Source of the DNA: a candidate division WOR-3 bacterium
GTDB lineage: Bacteria; Hydrothermota; Tepidihabitantia; Tepidihabitantales; Tepidihabitantaceae
Length of the DNA: 64,000 nt
Direction: 5' to 3'
NCBI GenBank assembly: GCA_965649295.1
Contig: CBFGKH010000010.1
Coordinates: forward strand, 1 to 64,000
In this document: positions 19,251-28,579 of the stretch, piece by piece
How the letters are laid out: the number at the start of each line of letters is the position of its first letter
Numbering within the stretch: position 1 is the stretch's first letter
Program-made: the position numbers and the translations under genes
The notes under the pieces: model-generated
What the model was told of the DNA's origin: nothing
Databases searched by the model: none
Seen by the model: the letters and a program-made list of their open reading frames with translations, nothing else

Positions 19251-21698
19251 CTACGACTTGGTCTCGGGCAGTGTGGTCTCTTCCTCAATCAGCGCCACGT
19301 CAACGACCGCGTCGCCCTTCTCGACCGCCATCACCTTCACACCAGTAGTAGCACGCCCACACTGCCTAATCTCCGAACACTTCACCCGAATTACAACACC
19401 CTGCCGCGACGTGACGATAATCTCCGACTGATTACTGACCGCAATCGCCGCGGCCAGCTTGCCTGACTTCTCAACTGGTTTGGCAGCGATAACCCCAGAC
19501 CCGCCGCGGCTCTGGGTTCTGAACTCCTCAAAATCAGTACGTTTGCCAAAACCGTTTTCAAACACCGTAAGGAGCGAGTAACCTGGACGAACCACAACCG
19601 CACCGATTACCGAATCACCCTTGCCGAGACGGATGCCGCGCACACCGGCCGCAGTTCGGCCCATATCCCGAACATCCTTCTCGCTGAATCGAATGCTCTG
19701 GCCATTTCGGGTGACAAGCAGGACATCATCCTTGCCAGACGTCAGCAAGGTAGCAACCAAGGCATCGCTGGGGTCAATACGCATCGCGATAATACCCTTC
19801 CGCCGGGGGTTGGCGAATTGGTCCAGGGAGACGCGTTTGACCTTGCCCTGGCGCGTCACGAAAAAGACAAACTGCTTGGCTGAGAAGTCACGCACCGCCA
19901 GATACGAAGTTGTGACTTCGTTCTTCTCCATCTCAACCAGATTGGCGATTGACCGCCCCTTGGCTGCGTGACTGCCTTCTGGAATCTCATACACCTTCTG
20001 CCAGTAGCAACGGCCGCGGTCAGTGAAAAACATCATGTAGTCGTGGGTCGAGGCAATGAACAGCCCCTCGACAAAATCCTCATCCTGCACCGATACGCCA
20101 GTTCGCCCCTGACCGCCTCGCCCCTGACGACGATATACCGAGACCGGCATCCGCTTGATGTAACCACGATGGGTCACGGTCACGGCCATATCCTCTTCCT
20201 TAATCAGGTCTTCGATTGAGAGCTCCTCAGCTTCGCCACGGACAATTTGGGTTCGACGCTCGTCACCATACCTGCGCTTGATTTCAAGCAGCTCAGAACG
20301 AATCTCAGCCATCATCAGCGAACGTGAGCCAAGCAGGCCCTTGAACCGAGCAATCTCCTTGATGAGCTCCTTGTACTCTTCGTCAATCTTCTCGCGTTCA
20401 AGCCCGGTCAACCGCGCCAGTCGCATTTCAAGAATAGCGTCAGCCTGTCGCTCTGAGAGCTTGAACTTTGTCTGCAGGCCGTTGCGGGCGGTTTCGGTGT
20501 TGGCTGACCTCTTGATAAGCTCAATCACCGCATCAATGTTGCGCAGGGCGATCTTCAACCCTTCGAGGATGTGTGCCCGCTCCTCAGCTCTGGCCAGTTC
20601 AAACTTGGTGCGCCGCGTGACCGTCTCAAAACGAAACTTCAGGAACTCATCGAGCAAACCACGCAACGGCAAGACTCGTGGCTGGCCGTTCACCAGCACT
20701 AGCAATATCACACCGTAGGTCGTCTGCAGGTCGGTGTACTTGTAGAGCTGATTAAGAATGACTTCCTTGACCGCATCACGTTTTAGATCAAGGACAATGC
20801 GCATACCATCGCGGTCTGACTCGTCGCGTAAGTCAGCGATACCAGAAATCCGCCGCTCACGGACCAGTTGAGCTATCCGCTCAATCAGCGTGGTCTTGTT
20901 TACCTGGTAGGGAATCTCGGTGATGACCAACCGGTCTTTGCCGGCCTTGACCTCTTCAAAGACAACCGTGCCGCGCAGAACCAGCGTGCCCCGGCCAGTC
21001 TCATAGGCTTCCCTGATTCCTTCAGTGCCAACAATGGTCGCCCCGGTGGGGAAATCGGGCCCTTTGATGTGACGAAGCAAATCCCGGGTAGTTATGTTCG
21101 GGTCGTCAATGATGGCAACCAGTCCGTTGATGAGCTCGGCCAGGTTGTGGGGCGGAATATTGGTCGCCATTCCGACCGCGATGCCAGATGCGCCGTTTGC
21201 AAGAAGATTGGGGAACGCGGCTGGGAGCACCTTCGGCTCTTTCAGCCGCTCATCAAAGTTCGGCCCAAACTCAACCGTGTCCTTGTCGAGGTCGCGCAGC
21301 AGCTCAGTTGCCAGCGGCTGGAGCCGAGCTTCGGTGTAGCGGTAGGCAGCCGCCGCGTCACCATCAATCGAACCAAAATTACCCTGGCCCTGAACGAGCG
21401 GATAGCGAAGGGAGAAATCCTGAGCCATCCGCACCATCGCATCATAAACTGCGCTGTCGCCATGGGGATGGTATTTGCCCAAGACATCGCCGACGACCGT
21501 CGCCGACTTGCGGAACGGCCGGTTGGGCAATAGCCCCATCTCGTTCATCGTGAAGAGGATACGGCGCTGGACCGGTTTCAGGCCATCACGAACGTCCGGC
21601 AGAGCCCGGGCCACGATCACCGACATTGCATAGTCAAGGAATGACCGCCGGACTTCGTCTTCTATATATACTGGGACGACCGACTCGTCACTTGGCAT
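19251..21698 (-). CDS. gyrA: DNA gyrase subunit A
   Basis: [37 protein letters not shown], GyrA-box QGRGGQG, C-terminal pinwheel repeats. Confidence 0.98.
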   Translation of the reverse strand: MPSDESVVPVYIEDEVRRSFLDYAMSVIVARALPDVRDGLKPVQRRILFTMNEMGLLPNRPFRKSATVVGDVLGKYHPHGDSAVYDAMVRMAQDFSLRYPLVQGQGNFGSIDGDAAAAYRYTEARLQPLATELLRDLDKDTVEFGPNFDERLKEPKVLPAAFPNLLANGASGIAVGMATNIPPHNLAELINGLVAIIDDPNITTRDLLRHIKGPDFPTGATIVGTEGIREAYETGRGTLVLRGTVVFEEVKAGKDRLVITEIPYQVNKTTLIERIAQLVRERRISGIADLRDESDRDGMRIVLDLKRDAVKEVILNQLYKYTDLQTTYGVILLVLVNGQPRVLPLRGLLDEFLKFRFETVTRRTKFELARAEERAHILEGLKIALRNIDAVIELIKRSANTETARNGLQTKFKLSERQADAILEMRLARLTGLEREKIDEEYKELIKEIARFKGLLGSRSLMMAEIRSELLEIKRRYGDERRTQIVRGEAEELSIEDLIKEEDMAVTVTHRGYIKRMPVSVYRRQGRGGQGRTGVSVQDEDFVEGLFIASTHDYMMFFTDRGRCYWQKVYEIPEGSHAAKGRSIANLVEMEKNEVTTSYLAVRDFSAKQFVFFVTRQGKVKRVSLDQFANPRRKGIIAMRIDPSDALVATLLTSGKDDVLLVTRNGQSIRFSEKDVRDMGRTAAGVRGIRLGKGDSVIGAVVVRPGYSLLTVFENGFGKRTDFEEFRTQSRGGSGVIAAKPVEKSGKLAAAIAVSNQSEIIVTSRQGVVIRVKCSEIRQCGRATTGVKVMAVEKGDAVVDVALIEEETTLPETKS

Positions 21699-21816
21699 AA
21701 GGGCATACTATAGCCTTGTCGCCATCGAAGTCAATCAGGCCGCCGTCTGGTTGACAGTATCAGCGAAATGGCTAAGATACTGCACCACCAGTGAACTTGT
21801 CCCAAGGAGGACTGAA

Positions 21817-23445
21817 ATGTCAAAGTTCCGCTCGGCAGGTCTGCTGATATTGACGGTAACGTTAGTGGTCCCACTCATCGGCCAGACCATGCCGCTTGAT
21901 GCACTACTACGCGGCGGCAGGATTCATTACGACGGCCAGCGCTACGAACGGGCCCGCGAGCAGTTTCAGAAAGCGCTCGACCAATACGGGCCGACCGCTG
22001 ACAACGCAACCTTTGCTATGATTCAAGTGTGGCTGGGACTCTGCGAAGCCCAGCTAAAGAACTATCCGACCGCTGCCGAGCATTTTGCTTTGGCGCTCGA
22101 ACGGGATTCGGCTATCGCCCGCCGCATCCAGGAAAACGAACAATGGCTATACCATGCCAGTGTCTCCCTGCTGAATACAGCCCGCGACGGCTACTTTGCT
22201 GGCAATTACGAACCGATGCTTCGCTACGCCCTCGCCGCAGTCAAAATCGACCCAACGAAACCGGCTATCTACACGCTGATAGCCAACATCTTTAGCCAGC
22301 TTGGTCGTTATGAGGACATGCGGCGAACCGCTGAGGACCTTCTCAGGCTTGATCGCCGCAGCGCTGAGGCCTTCAGCCTGCTCGGACTCTACTTTCTACA
22401 GAAACCAGATAGCCTCTGGGCTGACAAGATTCTCAGCCAGACACGGTGGGATTCGGCTGCCGCCTACTACGATTCGGCCATCGCTATTTACTCTGAACGC
22501 TTCAGCCGCGCTCGTCAGGACCTGGCCGGCATGCTGAAAATCAATGACTCGGTTGCCATCGACGGCCATGTCTGGCAGCTCATTAACCGCAGCCGAAGTG
22601 CCAACAGCCAGGCGGAACTGAAGGACTACATCGAAAAGACTCTCAAGGCAGGAAAACAGCTGGCTGAGTACGCCGGCATTGCTGGTCGGCTCGCGACAGC
22701 TGCCACCCAACTGAACTCAGCCAATTCTCGGGCTGGGTCAGCGATGCTCTCCGCTGCCGCCCAAACTCCAGAATCGCTCTCGAACCGTTTTCGAGCCCGC
22801 GCCGAGAACTACTTCCGGACAGCAATTGCCTACGACTCGGCCGACTTCACCGCCATTTTCGATTTGGGGATTGCCTACTACCAAGGGCGCAATGACAGCG
22901 GAGCTGAACAGGCGCTGCTCCTAGTCACCCAGGGATCGATTGTCCGGTTAACTGAGCTACCCCCAGCGCTCCAGGAGTCTCTCATCAATCAGATTCGACC
23001 CGAGGTTCAGTCCCAAGGTAATCTACAGCTTTCGGGCCCGCTCGTCGCCAGCGTCGATTCGGCGGCGACCGCGCTCGGACGCCGCGGCATCGGCTACAAC
23101 TGGTTCTATTTCACCGAACTTAGAGACCGACCAACACCACCAACTGCTGCTGACCGCAATTCAATGTTTGTCTCACTGCTTCAACCCGAATTGCTGGAGC
23201 AGGCCTTCCTCTGGCTTGGGTCGAGTCAGACTGGGCTGGGTACAACTTTAGCAAACTCCAAACAAACCGATGCAGCCCGAGCTAAGTTCCGCGCCGCCAT
23301 TGACAATCTACTGATGGCCACCAAACTCAATCCCCGTAACGCAGATGCCTACCAAAATCTTGGCATCTGCTATCGTGAGTTAGGTGATAAACAGAAGGCG
23401 CTGAATGCCTTCGAAACGGCTGACCGAATTCGCAAAGGCAAGTAG
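21817..23445 (+). CDS. Exported tetratricopeptide-repeat protein
   Basis: SD GGAGG before ATG 21817, signal peptide, TPR motifs (NPRNADAYQNLGICY); promoter TTGACA-N16-TAAGAT at 21751. Confidence 0.85.
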   Translation: MSKFRSAGLLILTVTLVVPLIGQTMPLDALLRGGRIHYDGQRYERAREQFQKALDQYGPTADNATFAMIQVWLGLCEAQLKNYPTAAEHFALALERDSAIARRIQENEQWLYHASVSLLNTARDGYFAGNYEPMLRYALAAVKIDPTKPAIYTLIANIFSQLGRYEDMRRTAEDLLRLDRRSAEAFSLLGLYFLQKPDSLWADKILSQTRWDSAAAYYDSAIAIYSERFSRARQDLAGMLKINDSVAIDGHVWQLINRSRSANSQAELKDYIEKTLKAGKQLAEYAGIAGRLATAATQLNSANSRAGSAMLSAAAQTPESLSNRFRARAENYFRTAIAYDSADFTAIFDLGIAYYQGRNDSGAEQALLLVTQGSIVRLTELPPALQESLINQIRPEVQSQGNLQLSGPLVASVDSAATALGRRGIGYNWFYFTELRDRPTPPTAADRNSMFVSLLQPELLEQAFLWLGSSQTGLGTTLANSKQTDAARAKFRAAIDNLLMATKLNPRNADAYQNLGICYRELGDKQKALNAFETADRIRKGK

Positions 23446-23457
23446 AGGACTGACAAA

Positions 23458-24423
23458 ATGACCAACCTGCTGAACGTTCTAATCGTCTTGCTCGCCGCAT
23501 TGCTGGTGTTTGTAATCGTCTATCCACAAGTAAAGCAGAACCGACCGATCCCGGTTCGCATTGCCTGCGACAGCACGATTGCGGCGTTACCGATTCTGAT
23601 GGGCATCGAGGAATCGCTTTTCATCAAAGAGAAACTGGTGCCGACCGTTACCTTCTACTCAGACCCGGATCAGGCCCTAGCCGACCTTTTTGCTGGTCAC
23701 ATTGACGTGGGAGTCTTTCCTTGGAGCACCGTGCTGCGTCGTGTTGCCGAGCAGAACGAGACACTCAAAGTATTCCTCTCGCTGGAATACCGGCAGTCAC
23801 TACCAGTCGATGCGCTGATTGCTCCGGTAAAATCAAAGGTTAAGACCGTCGCTGATCTCCGTGGTCGTCGCCTGGCCTATCCGCCACAGTTACGTGACTA
23901 TCTTAAGCTAATAATGCTCAATCTCGGGCTCGGCCCGAACGAACTGAAGGCTACCGAGGTTCCGATATCGGATATCATGAACCAGCTCGCGGCTGGCAAC
24001 TTCGACGCGGCGCTGATCATCGAACCGCTCCTCTGCCCTCTCGATACGACCAAGTACCGCATTGTCCAACCCGCTTTTACACCGCGCTACATATCATCAC
24101 CGTTTCCCGGTGCTGCTGTCGGTGCCTCACCCAAGCTGCTGAAGGAGCACCGCCTAGCTGGCGGCCGTCTCAAGGTGGCAATCGATGCAGCGGTGGCACT
24201 AAGCGAATCCAAGCCGGACATGGCACGTGCACTTATTGGTCGCTACTTCCCTTACTGCTCTGACTTCTGTGGTTTCTGTCGGCTGCCGGAAATGCAGCGA
24301 CTGGCCGAAATCAACCGCAATTCGATACTCGCCCTGATCGCTCGTCTGCGCGCGGCGGGAGTGCTAACAGCCGATGTTGAGCCTAAAGGGATATACGTTG
24401 ATCCGGCAACGATCAAGCGCTAG
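23458..24423 (+). CDS. ABC-type substrate-binding protein (NitT/TauT/SsuA-like)
   Basis: N-terminal anchor, G.IDVG, VKTVADLRGRRLA, GNFDAALIIEP. Confidence 0.8.
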   Translation: MTNLLNVLIVLLAALLVFVIVYPQVKQNRPIPVRIACDSTIAALPILMGIEESLFIKEKLVPTVTFYSDPDQALADLFAGHIDVGVFPWSTVLRRVAEQNETLKVFLSLEYRQSLPVDALIAPVKSKVKTVADLRGRRLAYPPQLRDYLKLIMLNLGLGPNELKATEVPISDIMNQLAAGNFDAALIIEPLLCPLDTTKYRIVQPAFTPRYISSPFPGAAVGASPKLLKEHRLAGGRLKVAIDAAVALSESKPDMARALIGRYFPYCSDFCGFCRLPEMQRLAEINRNSILALIARLRAAGVLTADVEPKGIYVDPATIKR

Positions 24424-24435
24424 TAGGAAATCTGA

Positions 24436-24710
24436 CCGGTCGTGCTAGACGGGGGGGCGGCGGTCCCCTGTAACCCGAAACCCGCCTGTGCGGGGTTGAA
24501 AGAGCGTATTGAGTTGTTACCGATGCGAAACCGGCGTACCGGACCGCTGACGATGAAAGCTGGGTCTGGCGATGATGGTTGCCGTGAACCCCGCCAGGGC
24601 CGGAAGGCAGCAACGGTAAACGGAGGGACTGTCAGTCACCAGGTTGCCTGGCTCGAGCCAGCTTCCGGTAAGCCCTCGCGTCTGTACTGCGAATGCGCTC
24701 GCACGACCGG
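24436..24710 (+). ncRNA. ffs: Signal recognition particle RNA, large bacterial type with Alu domain
   Basis: Terminal helix CCGGTCGTGC/GCACGACCGG, Alu-like CTAGACGGGG..CTGTAACC, S-domain GCCAGGGCCGGAAGGCAGCAAC; lies upstream of dnaX. Confidence 0.93.
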
Positions 24711-24742
24711 CTCGCCTGCCGACGTATTTCTACCCTAAGAGC

Positions 24743-26221
24743 ATGAGTAGCCGGCGCGTTCTCACGCTGAAATACCGGCCGCAGACCTTTGACGAAGTCT
24801 GGGCTCAAGAGCACGTTCGGACCACACTGAAACGGGCTATCGAAACCGACCGACTGGCAAATGCTTATCTTTTTGCCGGGCCGCGTGGCGTCGGCAAAAC
24901 AACCTGCGCTCGAATCCTCGCCAAGAGCCTGAACTGTGAGCAAGGCCCAACCGTCACCCCCTGCAACAGGTGCACATTCTGCCTTGACATAACTGCTTCC
25001 CGCAGTCTCGACGTAATCGAACTCGACGGCGCCTCCAATCGCGGCATCGAACAGATTCGTGAGCTGCGTGAGAACATAAAGTATGCGCCTGCTGCTTCTC
25101 GTTACAAGGTCTATATCGTGGACGAAGTCCACATGCTGACCAAGGAAGCCTTCAACGCCCTCCTCAAGACCCTCGAAGAACCGCCACGCCACGCCAAATT
25201 CATCTTTGCTACAACCGCTGCCCATGCCGTACCAACAACAATCATCTCCCGCTGCCAGCGTTTTGATTTCCGAAAAGCAACACCACTCGAAATCCGCGAT
25301 CGACTCGCCTGGCTGGCCAAACAGGAAAACATCAAAATCAGCGACAGCGCGCTGATGGCAATAGCCCGTCGCGCTGATGGTGCCATTCGTGACGCTGAGA
25401 GTATTCTCGATCAGACCGCTGCCTATCGTCCCACAGGGATTGACCTGGCCGATGTTGAGGAACTACTCGGTCTGGTACCGTCCGAACGTTTCTTCGACTA
25501 TGCTCAACTGCTCGCTGCCGGTGACAGTGCCGGATTGCTACGCTTTCTCGACAGCATCTTCGAATCCGGCTATGACCACATCGAGTTCTTCACTGGCTTG
25601 GTCGAACATTTCCGCAACCTGCTGCTGCTGGACATCACCGGCGCCGCCACCAGTTTCGGACTGCTACCCGAAGAGGCAGAACGGTTCTCCGCCCAGGCCC
25701 GTAGCTTCGGCCGCGACCGGCTGCTGCTCACACTTGCTCGCCTGACCGAGGTCGAACCGGTCCTGCGCCGTTCCCAGCTTCCGCGTGTCCAACTCGAAGT
25801 CATGACACTCGACCTCCTAAACCAAGGGAGCCACGGAACGGCTGCTACGAAACCGAAGAAACTCCCAAACAACGAGACGAGTCCACCACAGCCTCGCCAA
25901 ACATCGGTTGACCAGACGCTAGTCTGGTCAGAGGTCCGTCGCCTCGCCAATGAACGTCAGCCGTTTCTCGCCAGCTTACTCGATCTTGCCAGCGCGGGCC
26001 AGTTCGACGGCAATATCCTCACCATAGCGTTTCCAACGAAACAACAGCTTGTCGCTGCCAAAGTCGAAAGCGAATCAGCCTTTCTAAATAGGTTGCTAAC
26101 CGAAGTCGTCGGTCACACCTGCGTCGTCCGAGTCGTGACAGCGACCCAGCCGGCTTCAGACCCAATCAAGGAACGTCTCGCCCGTGTTTACGGTCGGGTC
26201 GAGGAGGAACGTCCCGAGTGA
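24743..26221 (+). CDS. dnaX: DNA polymerase III subunit gamma/tau
   Basis: KYRPQTF, GPRGVGKTT, Zn-binding cysteines, DEVHML, SRC. Confidence 0.97.
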   Translation: MSSRRVLTLKYRPQTFDEVWAQEHVRTTLKRAIETDRLANAYLFAGPRGVGKTTCARILAKSLNCEQGPTVTPCNRCTFCLDITASRSLDVIELDGASNRGIEQIRELRENIKYAPAASRYKVYIVDEVHMLTKEAFNALLKTLEEPPRHAKFIFATTAAHAVPTTIISRCQRFDFRKATPLEIRDRLAWLAKQENIKISDSALMAIARRADGAIRDAESILDQTAAYRPTGIDLADVEELLGLVPSERFFDYAQLLAAGDSAGLLRFLDSIFESGYDHIEFFTGLVEHFRNLLLLDITGAATSFGLLPEEAERFSAQARSFGRDRLLLTLARLTEVEPVLRRSQLPRVQLEVMTLDLLNQGSHGTAATKPKKLPNNETSPPQPRQTSVDQTLVWSEVRRLANERQPFLASLLDLASAGQFDGNILTIAFPTKQQLVAAKVESESAFLNRLLTEVVGHTCVVRVVTATQPASDPIKERLARVYGRVEEERPE

Positions 26222-26805
26222 AGCGGTCACTAGACGAGCTTGTCACCGCACTCACTGAGCTGCCCGGCATCGGTCGTAAGACAGCCCAGCGGATTGCCTT
26301 CTATTTGCTGAAACGACCTGACTCTGCGCGTCAACTGGCTACAGCCATCAACACCGCTATCAACCGGCTGCACCCTTGTTCTATTTGTCACAGCCTGACC
26401 GAAGATGACCCGTGTTCAATCTGCAGCGACGCGAGCCGTGATCACAGCATTGTCTGCCTTGTCGAGGAACCAGCCGACGTACTGACACTGGAACAGTCCG
26501 GTCAGCACCGTGGCGTCTATCACGTACTTGGTGGCGTATTGTCGCCGATCGACGACATCGGCCCGGACGACCTCCACATCAAGGAACTAATCGCCCGCGT
26601 CCGCTCAGGTACGATTGCCGAAATCATCATTGCTACCAACCCAACAACCGAGGGCGAGGCAACCGCTGTTTACATCAGCCAGCAACTCCGCGACACTCCA
26701 GTTCGAGTGACACGCATTGCCCGTGGGCTGCCAGTCGGATCAGATTTGGAACTGGCCGACGCGCCAACCATCTCGCGGGCATTTGAGGGCCGCCGTGAGC
26801 TCTAG
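26218..26805 (+). CDS. recR: Recombination mediator RecR
   Basis: LPGIGRKTAQR, C4 zinc finger, YHVLGG, ATNPTTEGEATA. Confidence 0.97.
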   Translation: MKRSLDELVTALTELPGIGRKTAQRIAFYLLKRPDSARQLATAINTAINRLHPCSICHSLTEDDPCSICSDASRDHSIVCLVEEPADVLTLEQSGQHRGVYHVLGGVLSPIDDIGPDDLHIKELIARVRSGTIAEIIIATNPTTEGEATAVYISQQLRDTPVRVTRIARGLPVGSDLELADAPTISRAFEGRREL

Positions 26806-26862
26806 TCGTCTTGACCCGTCTCGGCCGTTATTCTATCATCAATTAGGTATCCAGGAGGAAAC

Positions 26863-27174
26863 ATGAACCTGACCCTGACCGGCAGGCACTTTGAGATTAC
26901 GCCCAACCTAAAGAAACACATTGATACCAAAATTGCTCGACTCGAACATTATGCTGATCGCATTACCCGGGGCGAAGTCGTGCTGTTCCGCGACAGCATC
27001 AACGATATCGCTGAAGGCAAAATTCACGTCGGCCACACCATGCTCACTGCCCGCGGCCGGGGCAAAGACATGTACCTTGCCGTCAACGACCTTGTTGACA
27101 AGCTGGTTGCTCAGCTCAATCGCTATGAGGGTAAGTTGCGCGACCGCAAGCGCCACAACAGTCGGAACGCCTAG
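26863..27174 (+). CDS. hpf: Ribosome hibernation factor HPF/RaiA, short form
   Basis: TGRHFEIT, DMYLAVN..DKL..QL; SD GGAGG; promoter TTGACC-N17-TATCAT. Confidence 0.9.
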   Translation: MNLTLTGRHFEITPNLKKHIDTKIARLEHYADRITRGEVVLFRDSINDIAEGKIHVGHTMLTARGRGKDMYLAVNDLVDKLVAQLNRYEGKLRDRKRHNSRNA

Positions 27175-27180
27175 TCGGAC

Positions 27181-28170
27181 GTGACCACGAACAAACGACT
27201 GACTGTCAACGAACTACTAGCCGAAAAACAAGAAGAATGGGGCCTAGTCACCATTGCTGGCATGGCGCGGGCTGACGCAATCTCTATTGCTACCAGTGAT
27301 ATTAATAGGCCGGGTATGGCTCTTGCCGGTTACACCGGGGTTTTCCTTCGTGAACGGATTCAGATTGTCGGCGCGACTGAGCTATCCTACCTGTCAACGC
27401 TTAGTACAGAAGCAGCACAAGCCGCCGTTCAGCGACTCTTCAGCCTGGAACCGACCTGCATCATCATTACCAAGGGACTGACCTTATCTGACGTCTGGCG
27501 TGAATCCGCCGACAAGTTCCAGGTACCATTATTACGTACGCCCATTGACACGACGCCATTCATCCACCAACTCTCGGCTTTCCTTGACTACCGTCTTGCC
27601 CCCGAGGACTTCATCAACGGCGAACTGGTTGACGTCTTCGGTATCGGCCTATTGATTACTGGCGAATCAGGAATTGGCAAAAGCGAATGCGCCCTGGACC
27701 TTGTTGACCGCGGCCATCGGCTGATCGCCGACGATTTAGTGAAAGTCATCCGCCGCGGCAACGGTATTCTGATGGGCTACTCATCGGCGCGCACCCCAGT
27801 ACTAGCACACCACATCGAGATTCGCGGCGTTGGCATTGTTGACGTCTATAGCCTCTACGGTGTTCGTGCCATCCGTGTCCAGAAGCGCATTGAGGTTGAA
27901 GTCCGTCTAGTGCACTGGAAACAAGGCATGGACTATGAACGAGTCGGCATCGAAGACCAGATGTCAGAAATACTCGGCGTCAGGGTACCACGGGTGACGA
28001 TTCCCGTGATTCCAGGCAAGAACCTCGCTCTGGTTCTCGAAGTCATCGCTAAGAACCATATTCTCAAAGTGTTTGGCTACCATCCGGCCAAGGTCTTCGA
28101 TGACGAACTAATGCGGATGATGTCACGTTCTCCCAAGATCGATCCATTCATCACTGATGATCAAGAATGA
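27181..28170 (+). CDS. hprK: HPr kinase/phosphorylase
   Basis: INRPG, P-loop GESGIGKSE, LIADD, IEIRGVGI, PGKNL. Confidence 0.95.
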   Translation: MTTNKRLTVNELLAEKQEEWGLVTIAGMARADAISIATSDINRPGMALAGYTGVFLRERIQIVGATELSYLSTLSTEAAQAAVQRLFSLEPTCIIITKGLTLSDVWRESADKFQVPLLRTPIDTTPFIHQLSAFLDYRLAPEDFINGELVDVFGIGLLITGESGIGKSECALDLVDRGHRLIADDLVKVIRRGNGILMGYSSARTPVLAHHIEIRGVGIVDVYSLYGVRAIRVQKRIEVEVRLVHWKQGMDYERVGIEDQMSEILGVRVPRVTIPVIPGKNLALVLEVIAKNHILKVFGYHPAKVFDDELMRMMSRSPKIDPFITDDQE

Positions 28171-28579
28171 ACAGCCCGGGCTGGTACGCGGCATCATAAT
28201 CGGTCATGGCAGCCTGCCGCGAGCGCTGCTCGATGCGGCCGCCGCCATTGTTGGCAACGCCAGCGACGTCACCGTCATATCCAATGAAGACTGCTCCGCG
28301 CCAGAACTGGCCACTCGGCTGAACGAAGCGGTTGCCGACTACGGTACGGACAAGGTCATCGTTTTCGTTGACATGTTTGGGTCAAGCTGTTCAACGGCTA
28401 GTGCCCAGGTGTTACGCAAGCGGACGGACCTGGCCGTCATCTGCGGCGTGAATCTACCAATGCTGATACGCTTTCTCAGTTACCGTGGCCGGCTGAGTTT
28501 TGATGAACTAGTAAGGGTAATTCAGGAAGCAGGACAGGCAGCCGTTCGGCCGATAGTCAACCGTCTGCCTGACGCCTAG
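28157..28579 (+). CDS. PTS EIIA component, mannose/fructose family
   Basis: IIGHG, VDMFGSS, GVNLPML. Confidence 0.9.
   Translation: MIKNEQPGLVRGIIIGHGSLPRALLDAAAAIVGNASDVTVISNEDCSAPELATRLNEAVADYGTDKVIVFVDMFGSSCSTASAQVLRKRTDLAVICGVNLPMLIRFLSYRGRLSFDELVRVIQEAGQAAVRPIVNRLPDA

Noticed and set aside
24442..24742. 98-aa ORF and an N-terminal extension of dnaX
   Set aside because: Both overlap the SRP RNA; dnaX starts at ATG 24743.
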